Positions 27,991 through 40,630 of a stretch of DNA of 64,000 nt are shown here, piece by piece. How positions within the stretch are numbered: position 1 is the first letter of the stretch; each line of letters starts with the position of its first letter. The notes below the pieces were generated by a model. The model did not search any database and was not told the DNA's origin. It saw only the letters and a program-made list of their open reading frames with translations. The DNA comes from the human T2T-CHM13v2.0 reference genome, Homo sapiens: the NCBI RefSeq assembly GCF_009914755.1, contig NC_060928.1. The stretch is one strand, 5' to 3'. Made by a program: the position numbers and the translations under genes.

Positions 27991-28778
27991 ATTCCAGCCT
28001 CTCTCCCTCTCTTGAGAGGGAGTTGAATTTTTCTCACTTTTCCTGACCTATTTGGCAACTCAAGCATTAGTCCACCTGACTACAGACTCCTTCAATTCAG
28101 TAAATCTTTGTTGACTGACTGTTTGAAAAAAAAAAATTTGTGTATTTGTTTCCCTTGCTTCACACAAGAACATTTTCCTATCACCCTAATCTCTAAGGAG
28201 TTGAAGTATATGTTTGTGTTTTGTTTTGTTTTTAAGTCATCATCTATTTTGGGAAGCTCTTCAGTGTCTGCTATATTTTTAAAGTTATTTTAGATTAAGA
28301 TGCAGTTAATCCAGCCTCTGATTAATCTTCTGACTTTCTAGATGAGCAAAGGCTTAGCTAAGAAGGGGAAGTAACTCACATAAGGTCAGACAGCAAGTTA
28401 ATAACGAAGTCAGGGCAAGAGCCCAGGTCTCCTGACACCTGGTCTAGTATTTTTCTGATGTCCTAATACATTAAATTTTATTAGCTTCAGGGGAATTATT
28501 TTTCATTTATATTACAAAAACTAATTTATTTTTTCACAGAAAAGAGATAGGTGCATTTTTAGCTACAAGGCCAAGTACAATGAGTTGGAATAATTTACAG
28601 CTATTATTTTCACCATATCCAGATGGATTCCTGGATCCCATAAAAGTGTTTCTAAACTGCAGAAAAATCCCCCTACAGTCTTACAGTTCAAGAATTTTCA
28701 GCATGAAATGCCTGGTAGATTACCTGACTTTTTTTGCCAAAAATAAGGCACAGCAGCTCTCTCCTGACTCTGACTTTC

Positions 28779-28812
28779 TATAGTCCTTACTGAATTATAG
28801 TCCTTACTGAAT
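28779..28812 (+). repeat. Perfect 17-bp tandem duplication TATAGTCCTTACTGAAT x2
   Basis: Read directly from the sequence. Confidence 0.95.
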
Positions 28813-29508
28813 TCATTCTTCAGTGTTGCAGTCTGAAGGACACCCACATTTTCTCTTTGTCTTTGTCAATTCTTTGTGTTGTAAGGGCAGGATGTTTAAA
28901 AGTTGAAGTCATTGACTTGCAAAATGAGAAATTTCAGAGGGCATTTTGTTCTCTAGACCATGTAGCTTAGAGCAGTGTTCACACTGAGGTTGCTGCTAAT
29001 GTTTCTGCAGTTCTTACCAATAGTATCATTTACCCAGCAACAGGATATGATAGAGGACTTCGAAAACCCCAGAAAATGTTTTGCCATATATCCAAAGCCC
29101 TTTGGGAAATGGAAAGGAATTGCGGGCTCCCATTTTTATATATGGATAGATAGAGACCAAGAAAGACCAAGGCAACTCCATGTGCTTTACATTAATAAAG
29201 TACAAAATGTTAACATGTAGGAAGTCTAGGCGAAGTTTATGTGAGAATTCTTTACACTAATTTTGCAACATTTTAATGCAAGTCTGAAATTATGTCAAAA
29301 TAAGTAAAAATTTTTACAAGTTAAGCAGAGAATAACAATGATTAGTCAGAGAAATAAGTAGCAAAATCTTCTTCTCAGTATTGACTTGGTTGCTTTTCAA
29401 TCTCTGAGGACACAGCAGTCTTCGCTTCCAAATCCACAAGTCACATCAGTGAGGAGACTCAGCTGAGACTTTGGCTAATGTTGGGGGGTCCCTCCTGTGT
29501 CTCCCCAG

Positions 29509-29640
29509 GCGCAGTGAGCCTGCAGGCCGACCTCACTCGTGGCACACAACTAAATCTGGGGAGAAGCAACCCGATGCCAGCATGATGCAGATATCTCAGG
29601 GTATGATCGGCCCTCCTTGGCACCAAAGCTACCATTCCAG
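29509..29640 (+). CDS. SHROOM3: SHROOM3 coding exon (exon 4), 132 nt, phase 2-2; RSEPAGRPHSWHTTKSGEKQPDASMMQISQGMIGPPWHQSYHS(S); contains an in-frame ATG at 29582 (MMQISQG), recalled as the PDZ-less short isoform start
   Basis: Acceptor ctccccag| at 29508 and donor CAG|gtaagt at 29641. Contains the Shroom-family RPHSWH and PWHQSYHS motifs. Frame is continuous with both flanking exons. Confidence 0.96.
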
Positions 29641-30203
29641 GTAAGTGGCTATAGCTGAGACTGAAGGGTTTCTTTCTTTCTAATGTCATGTTCCCAGAAA
29701 AGAATGTTTTCTTCTCTGTTTTGAGAATGTTTTTTCTTATACTCACACTAAATATTAAATCTCTATCCACTGCTTTTCTCATCCTCTTATAGTGCTTGAC
29801 GTGTATATGAGTTACCTTTATATGCTTGGCTAGATCAACTTGAAGATCAGAATTATTTGAAGCACTGGCTGGCCATTTGAGATATTTATGGGGTCCATCA
29901 ATTCTCAGACATTTCTCCACTGATAGCACTATATTAGAAAAATTGAGATTTTTCTTCCTTCAGTGCTTAAGTGTGCTTTCTGCCTTAGTCAAAACCGTAT
30001 CCATTTTTATTCCTGTGTTTGAACTCCCCATTTGGTTTTGCTCTTTCAATTAAGGTAATTTGTCCATCTTAGCTCCAACGGCACAACTAATGTACTGAGG
30101 ACCACTCAGTGTATACATTATCTCATGTAGTGACTCATAGACTTCTTTAAAACAGATACAGTAGTATTAACCCCATTTTGCAGAATAGGAAATTGAAGCT
30201 TGC

Positions 30204-30518
<315 letters not shown>

Positions 30519-31424
30519 TTAAGCTTGGAAAGATTAGTTTGTCCAAGCTCAAACAACTGATCAGTACCCAAGTCAAGACAAATCCAAGCCAGGTTTCAAA
30601 GCTGCTGCATGTAATCAGTAGGTTATACTTCCTCTGCTTTTCTAGCTACTGTTTGTTGTATGGGTCAAGGTTTGGTCAGGAAGAAGGAGAGCCCTCACAA
30701 GTGGTTTAGGAGAGGGGTTATAGAACGAGGGAGCACAGCCTGACCACCATCACACATTAGAGAGAGAACTAAGCCAGGACTCCCCTCCACTTCAGACTTG
30801 GAACCCCTACAAACTGGAATCTATCTTCTGATCCCAGGGAGTTAGACTCCGTAGCTTATCACTTTTGGGAAATGCTTAGATAGCGCTAATGTAGCGAGGT
30901 CAGGAAAATAAGGGTCACTTAGTCCTTACATACAAAGGAGACGCAAGTGTTGGTATGTGTGTGCATGTGTGTTGGGGGGAGGAGGGGAGGCTGGAAGCTT
31001 CTGGAAGGATTACTTAATGAACAGATGGTAGCTATGCATTTGGCAAGGCCAGAACTCAGTCACAGCCCTTAATACTCATGTCTGGTCAAGTCAAGGGCCA
31101 AATCCTAGACCTCTCACTGATGAACAGTAGCTCATGGAATTGAACAGGACAAACCTCTCTCAGCATATCAGGGTAGGATTCAGGCCACAGGAAGAGATAA
31201 TGTCCTGGTTCCTTCCTGGTTACAGATGCTCCTCTCCCTTGCCCATGTCCTTCCCAATCACCCTGAAAGAAATTATTCTCACCGTCTGAGCCATCTGTTC
31301 TCAGAGAGCAGGTTTCCTAGCAGTGTCTCCTGACCCTTGACAAAGCCAGACTACTTTTGCTTTACAGGCATGGAGGTGTTGAGGGCCTTTAGAAGGTAAG
31401 GTGTGTGGAGCCTAACAATGAAGG

Positions 31425-31640
31425 AAGAATAGCATAGTGGTAAGGGACTGGGCCTTTAAGTCAGACCTAGGTTTAAATCTCCCCTTACCCCTACGGTGTA
31501 AGCTTGAGCAAATCATTTAACCTTTGATCTTGGCTTCCTTTTCTGTAAAATAACTAGTACCTACATCATTGGATTGTTGTGAGGATTATATAAAATAGCA
31601 TATGTGCAATTCTTAGTACATAGTAAGCACTCAATGAATG
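31425..31640 (+). mobile_element. MIR SINE
   Basis: gcatagtggtaag...agtcagacctaggtttaaatc...ttcctttTctgtaaaa...gttgtgaggatta...catagtaagcactcaat. Confidence 0.75.
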
Positions 31641-32889
31641 ATGACTGATTATAATAATTAAGCTGAAGACTTCAGGACACCATGAAACCTGGTACTGAAC
31701 TTGAGGGTGAATGGCCAGCACACACTTATAAATGCAGGTGGGTATGTATTAACAGAGTGCCCTTCAACAGTGGGGTCCTTTGAGCATCCTTACTCCTAAC
31801 CTTCTTATGAAGCCCTAAATCCAAAGCCACACTGTGACTTAAAAAATGTGCTGGCCCTTCAGCAGAGATAAGCACTGCAATCAGTACTTAGAATGACTGC
31901 TTACAGTAACTATGGTGAGCTCCAGTAGGCCTCAGGGGAATGGGGCCGTCAGCACCAGAAGTACAGTATTTTCAAGGCTTTGCTTCTGCACCTCCTCCTT
32001 CCTCCTCTGCATCCCAGCCTCCAGAGGGGCTTAGGCAGGTGGATCTGCCCTTGTGCTGTATCTACCACTCTGTCTCTCTGATTGAAGCTTCAAAATTGTT
32101 CCTCCTGACATAAGGACCATCAGCACAAAAGCACTGCATGGGGACAAAAGGAGAAAGGAAAGTTCAAATAACTCAAAATGTTACAGGCGTGTGCATTCTC
32201 TCCTGCTGCAGCACAAACCACCCTGTGGTGCAGCACAAACAAACCATGCCTGAGGCTTGCAGCTTTGGCAGAGGGCTTGACCCCCATGCTGAGTTCCACC
32301 TGTGGGATCTGATCTTGGCAGCGGCAGGTGGAGAGGTGCCCCAGGTGTGTTTCTGAGGAGCACAGTGGCATCTAGTGGTCCAGTGTGCCACATCAGTTGG
32401 CTGGTATCTCTCTGACAGCCTTAGTTTAAGTTCCAGAAACCAATCTCAGTCCTGAATTTATGGATCTGTTTCTTGTTAAGAAGCAGGCGTAAGAGGGGGT
32501 GAGAGGATGAGGGAGAGACAGGAGTGAGGTGAGAGAGAGAGAGAAAGAGAAGTATGGAGAGACTGAAGATGTGTAATTTAACTGTGAGCTAGGTTGGATT
32601 TGGAATTTCACTGAAATTGTATTTCAGCTGCTTTCTGTCAGACCCTTGACACTCTGTTTTTGCTGCCCTATGGAAATCTCACCCAGTGGTTCTAAAGTAC
32701 TAAAGTACTTTAGAAGAGACTGAAAAGTTATGTAGTCTAGCCCCCTGACAAGAGGCTGAAATAGCAGTATCAAATCAGTGATTCATTCATTCAACAAATC
32801 TGTATGAGCATCCACTATGTCTCAGATGCTTTGTAGGTATTGGGAGTACAGTGGTGAACAAGGCATAAAAAGCCCCCTGCACCACAATT

Positions 32890-33168
32890 ATTTGTTTCCC
32901 AAAATGTGTTCCGTGGAATAACAATCCACTAGATACTTCTTAGAAAAAAAAGTTTCTGAGATCAAGTAAGTTTAGAAAACATCTCTTAGTATTATATATT
33001 TCTCTTTTAGAACAACACATGAAAAATGGTTTGGGAGAACAATAGTTTATAAAAGACTCAGAAATCTTGCAGTAAATAAAATTGTTTAGCTTATTTAGCT
33101 CAATATTTTCCAAACATATTTAATCATCTAAGGAATTAGTGTTCTGTGAGCACACTTTAGGAAATGTT
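32890..33168. mobile_element. hAT-Charlie-like MER DNA transposon remnant nested in L2
   Basis: Imperfect terminal inverted repeats tttcccaaaatgtgttcc ... gagcacactttaggaaa. L2-like flanks at about 32783-32880 and 33530-33860. Confidence 0.5.
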
Positions 33169-33215
33169 TTCATACACTTATTTTGTGCTCTATGTTTTAA
33201 ATATTTTAAAAATAC

Positions 33216-33376
33216 TTTTTTTTTTTTTTTTGAGATGGGTCTCACTGTGTTGCCCAGGCTGGGGTGCAGTGATGCGATCAAGGCTAACTCCAACATTGAC
33301 ATTCTGGGCTCAAGCGATCCTCCCGCCTCAGCCTCCCAAAGTGCTGGGATTACAGGCGTGAGCCACCGTACCTGGT
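33216..33376 (-). mobile_element. Alu monomer (FAM/FRAM-like)
   Basis: Poly-T, right-arm 3' part, then cctcccaaagtgctgggattacaggcgtgagccacc. Confidence 0.8.
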
Positions 33377-34249
33377 AGATACCTGTGTTTAAAAGTATTT
33401 TAAACACACAAAATAGAATGATATTATAAAAATACATACATCTACCACAGAATTAAAAAGCATTTTATGTTCACTTCAGTTCTTTAAATATTATAGATAC
33501 AGTCAAAGTCTCTTTCACATAACCAAAGGGATATGATATAATGTCAAGTAGTGGTAAGTGCTGTGAAGAAAATAAAGCAGGGTAACAGGCATAAAGGAGA
33601 GAAGAGATGCTCTTTAGTTAGTTCCAGGAGGTCCTCTCTGAATGAAGTAAGAGGGAGTAAGCCAGGTGAAGAGCACTCCGGGTGGTGGGAGCAGTGAGTA
33701 CAAAGACTCTGAGACCCTGAGATGGGAATAAATTTCCTGGGTTTGAGTTTCAACAGGGAAACTATTATGCTGGAGTGCAGGGAGCAAGAAGAAGAGCAAT
33801 AGAAAATGAGGCTGGAGAAGTAGCCAGACCATGGTAAGAACTTTGATCCACTCAAGATGCACCCCTCTTGAGAGTAAGGCTGGCTTTATGTGAGTTGGAA
33901 TTGTTGCAGGATTGAAAACCTTCATTCCAAGTTTTCTTACCCATCATTAAAAGTGCCATTTTGGTGGCATCAATGGCAAAGGTAATAAAAATGAGTATTT
34001 CCAGACAGCAGTGGAAGAACTTGTCCTAGTGAGTGATATCAGTGCCTGTATTCCCCAGGCAGCTTGGGAATGGTAATTCTGAAGGGACAGAACCCTCTCC
34101 GGGCAGGAGGGAAAATACCTAACAGAGGCCTTCCATGACCTTTCTACCTTAGGTTTGCTACAGGAAGGAACCCACTATACCCTTGCACTGGTCTGATTAG
34201 AGATATGTGTAACAGGGATTTCATATTTATAGATACCATCTATATTTTA

Positions 34250-34646
<397 letters not shown>

Positions 34647-35469
34647 TTAACCATCAGTTTATTTACTTTGATTTGTTGTGTGTGTTCCTATGTTAGATTT
34701 GAATTATCCTTTCAATGAAAGACTGCTAAAATTCTCAGCAGTTGGGAGGAGGATTACCTAATGTCTCCTACCTTCATAGAAATGGTGAATGAAACGGCCC
34801 TTATGGGGTTCCATTTCCCCTGGAAGTATTAGCTCTAAAAAGGAAGCAGACTGGGTCATACAGGATTATCCACAAGGCTGTCTAGCGCTTCTTTAGTAGG
34901 ACCTCTTTATTTAGAGGGGAATGAAGAAATTCAGGGTAGGGGGTAAAATCTTTGACATATGCTATGCCATTGAGTGCCGGGTCTGATTTCCCTGATCTGG
35001 CTGGCTTGGGAGCTATTTCCTTCCTTTCTCCCTTGAATTTATACCTATCTGTCCCGAAGTAGGATGCGCCATTCAGTCAACTGACTTTCTCTGATAGAGA
35101 AAAATTACATTCTTGAGGAGAGCTGCTGAAAGTGTAGTCTCCTTTTCCTTAAATTCCAGCACAAGTTTTGACTCCGAATATGGTTTTTCTAGTCTCAACA
35201 TATTATCTGGAGATATTCCAGCCATAAAGCATTATCACATACTTGACCAATAAGACACTACATTTATTTACATGTAATCTAGAAATAGAAGAATACATCA
35301 TGAATTTTAATAGTGTTGAAACGCCTATCCATTTAAAAATAGAAAATCTTGGGCAAGAACTTCTAGTGATTTACCCTTCTTTAGAGAACAGTGAGTCACA
35401 AACATTTAAACCACTTATTCCTTCATATATGCCCTCCCCGTGTGTGTATATATATAGAGACAGAGACAG

Positions 35470-36570
35470 ACATTTTTTAGAGCAGTTTTAGTTTCATAGT
35501 GAAATTGAACAAAGTCCAGAGATTTCCCATATAGTCCCTGTCCCCATACATGCACAGCCTCCTCCATTTTCAGCAACCCCCACCAGAGTAGTACATTTGT
35601 TACAACTGATAAACCTACATTGACACATCATAATCACCCAAAGTCCATAGTTTATATTAGGGTTCACTGTTGCTGTTGTGCATTTTGTAGGTTTGGACAA
35701 ATGTATAATGACATGTATCCATCATTATAGTATCGTACAGAATACTTTCACTGTCCTAAAAATCCTCTGTGCTCGCCCATTCCTCCTTGCATCGCCCCTA
35801 AGACCTGGCAACCACTGATCTTTTTATTGTGTCCATTGTTCTGCCTTTTCCAGAATGTCAGTCATGTAGTTGGAATCATATGGTTTGTAGCCTTTTCAGA
35901 CTGGCTTTTTTCATCTAGTGAAATGCATTTTAGTTTCTTTCATATTTTTTTCATGGCTTGACAGCTCTTTTTTTTTTTTTTAAGTAATGAATAACATTCC
36001 ATTGTGTAGATATACCACAGTTTATTCACCTACTGCAGAACAGCCTTGTTGCTTCCATGTTTTGGCAATTATGAATAAAACTGCTGTAAACATCCGTGTG
36101 TGGGTTTTTGTGTGGACGTGAGTTTTCAGTTCCAGTGGATAAATGCCAGGGAATGTGATCACTGGATCTTATGGTAAGAGTATGTTTAATTTTGTAAGAA
36201 ACTGCCAAACTTCTTTTAAAAGTGGCTGTGCCATTTTGCATTACCACCTGCAATGAATGAGAGTTTCTCTTGCTCCCCATCCTCACCAGCATTTGGTATT
36301 GTCAATGTTCTGGATTTTGGCCGTTCTAATAGGTGTGTAGTGGTATCTTGGTTTTGTTTGGTTGTTTTTTGTTTTTGCCTATGACAGAGCCCTCAGGACG
36401 TCCTGAGAACATGTTCCCTAGTATCTTGTTGTTTTAATTTGTAATTTCCTAGTGACTTATGATGACAGCCTTTTCATTTGCTTTTTCACCATCTGTATAT
36501 CTTCTTAGGATTGGCCAGTTTTTAAATCAGGTTGTTTTCTTATTGTTGAGTTTTAAGTGATTTTTTAAAA
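35470..36570 (-). mobile_element. L1MC/L1MD-like 3' region
   Basis: cccaccagagtagtacatttgttacaactgataaacctacattgacacatcataatcacccaaagtccatagttta, typical of reversed L1MC1/MD 3' ends. Confidence 0.85.
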
Positions 36571-37464
36571 ACACATATATTTTGAGTTTCTAAGTAATTT
36601 TATTTTGAGACAGCTTTCTGGAGTTTACAGTGATTGATAGTCTTTTTCCTCTTCTCCAGACGGGCTCTGAAAACCATCTGGAGGAGCTTGTAAATGAGAA
36701 AATCTTGCCCTCCTAAATGTATGAGGAGGCTTTGCTTTGGCTTTTGGAAGTCATCCACAGGTGTTGGAATCCCAGCACCGAAGAGCCCCTGTGATTAAGC
36801 CTTCTCATAAAGCTTCCCTCTCCTTCCCTCTTTCCCCTTAGTTCTGCCTCTCATGAGCTTTTTCTGACTCTAATTTCTCTCATTCAGCTTTGTGTTTAGC
36901 TTTCCCACCACAAACAAATTGTTTCTAGTGCAGTTAAGATTCCAGGAAGATTGCCAGGGTGTATCCTTCAATTCCATAAAAAGGAAAGATATTAACTAAA
37001 AACATATACATGTGCACACAAAGTCTCCTTCACCCGTGCCTATTCTCTTATTAACTTTTTCCCCTCTTCCCACAAACAGCCCCAGTAGACACACAGTTTC
37101 AGTCTCAATCACTCTTCTACCTCTCTCATTTCTTGGCACATGCAAAATGTCATTTCCAGCATGCAGCAAATCACATCAAAGTGCTGCCTGTGCCCAAAGG
37201 CCACGTGGCTTCCTCTGAGCTCCTCATTCCTCTCCTTGCTAGCCTGGGTGATTAATTAGAGGCAGATAGGTTAGAGTGTTGGGCAGTTACTCCTAGCGAT
37301 GACACAGAAGGAGGCTGAGCAAGGCCCAAATATGGCCCTTTTTACCCACCCTTCCAAACACCAAACCTCTTGCACAAGAGAACATTTATAAGCTGGGTCC
37401 TCTGCCTGTAAGCCTACTAAATGATAACAGCTCAGTGGTACTGACTGCTTTGTCTTTCTTCCAG

Positions 37465-40400
37465 CTCCTCTACTAGTGACCTCTCCAACTATGACCATGC
37501 TTATCTAAGGCGGAGCCCTGACCAGTGCAGCTCCCAGGGGAGCATGGAGAGCCTGGAGCCCAGTGGGGCATACCCACCCTGTCATCTTTCCCCTGCCAAG
37601 TCCACCGGCAGCATTGACCAGCTCAGCCACTTCCATAACAAGAGAGACTCGGCTTACAGCTCTTTCTCCACCAGTTCTAGCATCCTAGAGTATCCACACC
37701 CTGGCATCTCTGGCCGGGAGCGTTCAGGCTCCATGGACAATACTTCTGCTCGAGGTGGCCTCCTCGAAGGGATGAGGCAGGCAGATATTCGCTATGTCAA
37801 GACAGTCTATGACACCCGGAGGGGAGTCTCAGCAGAGTATGAGGTGAACTCTTCAGCCCTGCTGCTTCAAGGTAGGGAGGCCCGAGCCTCAGCAAATGGT
37901 CAGGGCTATGATAAATGGTCTAATATTCCTCGGGGCAAGGGAGTGCCACCCCCATCCTGGAGCCAGCAGTGCCCCAGTTCCTTGGAGACTGCCACGGACA
38001 ACCTTCCTCCTAAGGTGGGTGCACCCCTGCCTCCAGCTCGGAGTGACAGTTACGCAGCATTTCGGCACCGTGAGCGGCCCAGCTCCTGGTCTAGCCTTGA
38101 TCAGAAACGGCTCTGCCGGCCTCAGGCAAACTCTTTAGGCTCCCTGAAGTCTCCATTCATAGAGGAGCAGCTGCATACTGTGCTGGAGAAGAGTCCAGAG
38201 AACAGCCCCCCAGTGAAGCCCAAGCATAACTATACCCAGAAGGCCCAACCTGGCCAACCTCTGCTGCCGACCAGCATCTACCCGGTACCTTCCCTGGAGC
38301 CACACTTTGCCCAGGTGCCTCAGCCTTCTGTGAGTAGCAACGGTATGCTCTACCCTGCACTGGCCAAGGAGAGTGGATACATAGCCCCTCAGGGAGCATG
38401 CAACAAGATGGCTACCATTGATGAGAATGGGAACCAGAATGGATCTGGCAGGCCTGGGTTTGCCTTCTGCCAGCCCTTAGAACATGACTTGCTGTCCCCA
38501 GTGGAGAAGAAACCAGAAGCTACAGCCAAGTATGTCCCCTCCAAAGTCCATTTCTGTTCAGTGCCTGAAAATGAGGAGGATGCCTCCCTGAAGAGACATC
38601 TCACACCTCCCCAAGGCAACAGCCCACATTCCAATGAGAGAAAGAGCACCCACAGTAACAAACCATCTTCTCATCCCCACAGCCTCAAATGCCCTCAGGC
38701 TCAGGCCTGGCAAGCGGGTGAAGACAAGAGATCTTCCAGGCTCTCAGAGCCCTGGGAGGGCGATTTCCAGGAAGACCACAATGCCAACCTCTGGAGGAGG
38801 CTGGAGAGAGAAGGCCTAGGCCAGAGCCTGTCAGGCAACTTTGGCAAGACCAAGTCAGCCTTCTCATCTCTCCAGAACATTCCTGAGAGTCTGAGAAGAC
38901 ACAGCAGCCTGGAGCTAGGCCGGGGAACCCAGGAGGGTTACCCCGGGGGCAGGCCCACCTGTGCAGTCAACACCAAGGCAGAAGACCCTGGGAGGAAAGC
39001 CGCTCCTGACCTCGGGAGCCATCTGGACCGGCAGGTTTCCTACCCGCGGCCCGAGGGGAGGACCGGTGCCTCGGCTTCTTTCAACAGCACAGACCCAAGT
39101 CCCGAAGAGCCGCCTGCCCCCTCGCACCCGCACACATCCAGTCTGGGCCGGAGGGGGCCCGGCCCAGGCAGCGCCTCGGCTCTTCAGGGCTTTCAGTACG
39201 GGAAGCCCCACTGCTCGGTGCTGGAGAAGGTCTCCAAATTCGAGCAGCGAGAGCAAGGGAGCCAGAGACCGAGTGTGGGCGGCTCTGGTTTTGGCCATAA
39301 CTATAGGCCCCACAGGACCGTCTCAACTTCCAGTACTTCTGGGAATGACTTCGAGGAGACAAAAGCACACATTCGTTTCTCTGAGTCAGCTGAACCCCTA
39401 GGCAACGGGGAGCAGCACTTCAAAAACGGGGAGCTGAAGTTGGAAGAGGCTTCCCGGCAGCCCTGCGGTCAGCAGCTGAGCGGAGGAGCGTCGGACAGCG
39501 GCCGTGGCCCCCAGAGGCCGGACGCTCGGCTCCTCCGTAGCCAGAGCACCTTCCAGCTCTCCAGCGAGCCAGAGAGGGAGCCCGAGTGGCGGGACAGGCC
39601 CGGCTCGCCCGAATCGCCCCTGCTGGATGCCCCCTTCAGCCGCGCCTACCGGAACAGCATCAAGGACGCACAGTCCCGTGTCTTGGGGGCCACCTCCTTT
39701 CGACGTCGAGACCTGGAGCTGGGGGCGCCCGTGGCGTCGAGGTCCTGGCGGCCACGGCCTTCCTCGGCCCACGTGGGGCTGCGGAGCCCCGAGGCGTCGG
39801 CCTCCGCCTCCCCGCACACGCCCCGGGAGCGGCACAGCGTGACCCCTGCTGAGGGCGACCTGGCCAGGCCCGTGCCCCCTGCCGCCCGGAGAGGTGCTCG
39901 CCGGCGCCTGACTCCCGAGCAGAAGAAGCGCTCCTACTCGGAGCCCGAGAAGATGAACGAGGTGGGGATCGTGGAGGAGGCCGAACCGGCACCCCTGGGC
40001 CCGCAGAGAAATGGGATGCGTTTCCCGGAGAGCAGCGTGGCCGACCGGCGCCGTCTCTTCGAGCGCGATGGCAAGGCCTGCTCCACGCTCAGCCTGTCGG
40101 GGCCCGAGCTGAAGCAGTTCCAGCAGAGCGCCCTGGCGGACTACATCCAGCGCAAGACCGGCAAGCGGCCTACCTCCGCCGCCGGCTGCAGCCTCCAGGA
40201 GCCCGGGCCACTGCGTGAGCGCGCCCAGAGTGCCTACCTCCAGCCCGGCCCCGCGGCGCTCGAAGGCTCCGGCCTCGCCTCGGCCTCCAGCTTGAGCTCA
40301 CTGCGGGAGCCCAGCCTGCAGCCCCGCAGGGAGGCCACGCTCCTGCCGGCCACAGTTGCAGAAACCCAGCAGGCTCCCCGAGATCGCAGCAGCTCCTTCG

Positions 40401-40630
40401 CCGGTGGCCGCCGCCTCGGGGAACGGCGACGCGGGGACCTGCTTAGCGGAGCAAACGGTGGAACAAGGGGCACCCAGAGAGGGGATGAGACCCCCAGGGA
40501 GCCATCCTCCTGGGGGGCCAGGGCCGGGAAGTCCATGTCGGCCGAGGACCTGCTGGAACGCTCGGACGTCCTTGCGGGCCCTGTCCATGTGAGGTCCAGG
40601 TCATCTCCCGCCACCGCAGACAAGCGCCAG
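37465..40630 (+). CDS. SHROOM3: SHROOM3 giant coding exon (exon 5), 3166 nt; Ser/Pro-rich region plus ASD1 actin-binding domain (approx. 39630-40170)
   Basis: Acceptor tctttcttccag| at 37464 and donor CAG|gtacgt at 40631. Covers most of ORF 37544..40780. Shroom motifs present: SSTSDLSNYDHAYLRRSPDQCSSQGSMESL, KRDSAYSSFS, KDAQSRVLGATSFRRRDL, RLTPEQKKRSYSEPEKMNEVG, SVADRRRLFE, HVRSRSSP. Confidence 0.98.
39000..40630 (+). promoter_or_regulatory. Intragenic CpG-rich island overlapping the 3' half of exon 5
   Basis: Visibly dense CG dinucleotides and high GC from about 39000, strongest 39450-40600, against CpG-depleted flanks. Judged by eye, not computed. Confidence 0.75.

Noticed and set aside
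29459-29929. 156-aa minus-strand ORF over exon 4
   Set aside because: Non-ATG start, no recognised homology, and it overlaps a real exon in antisense.
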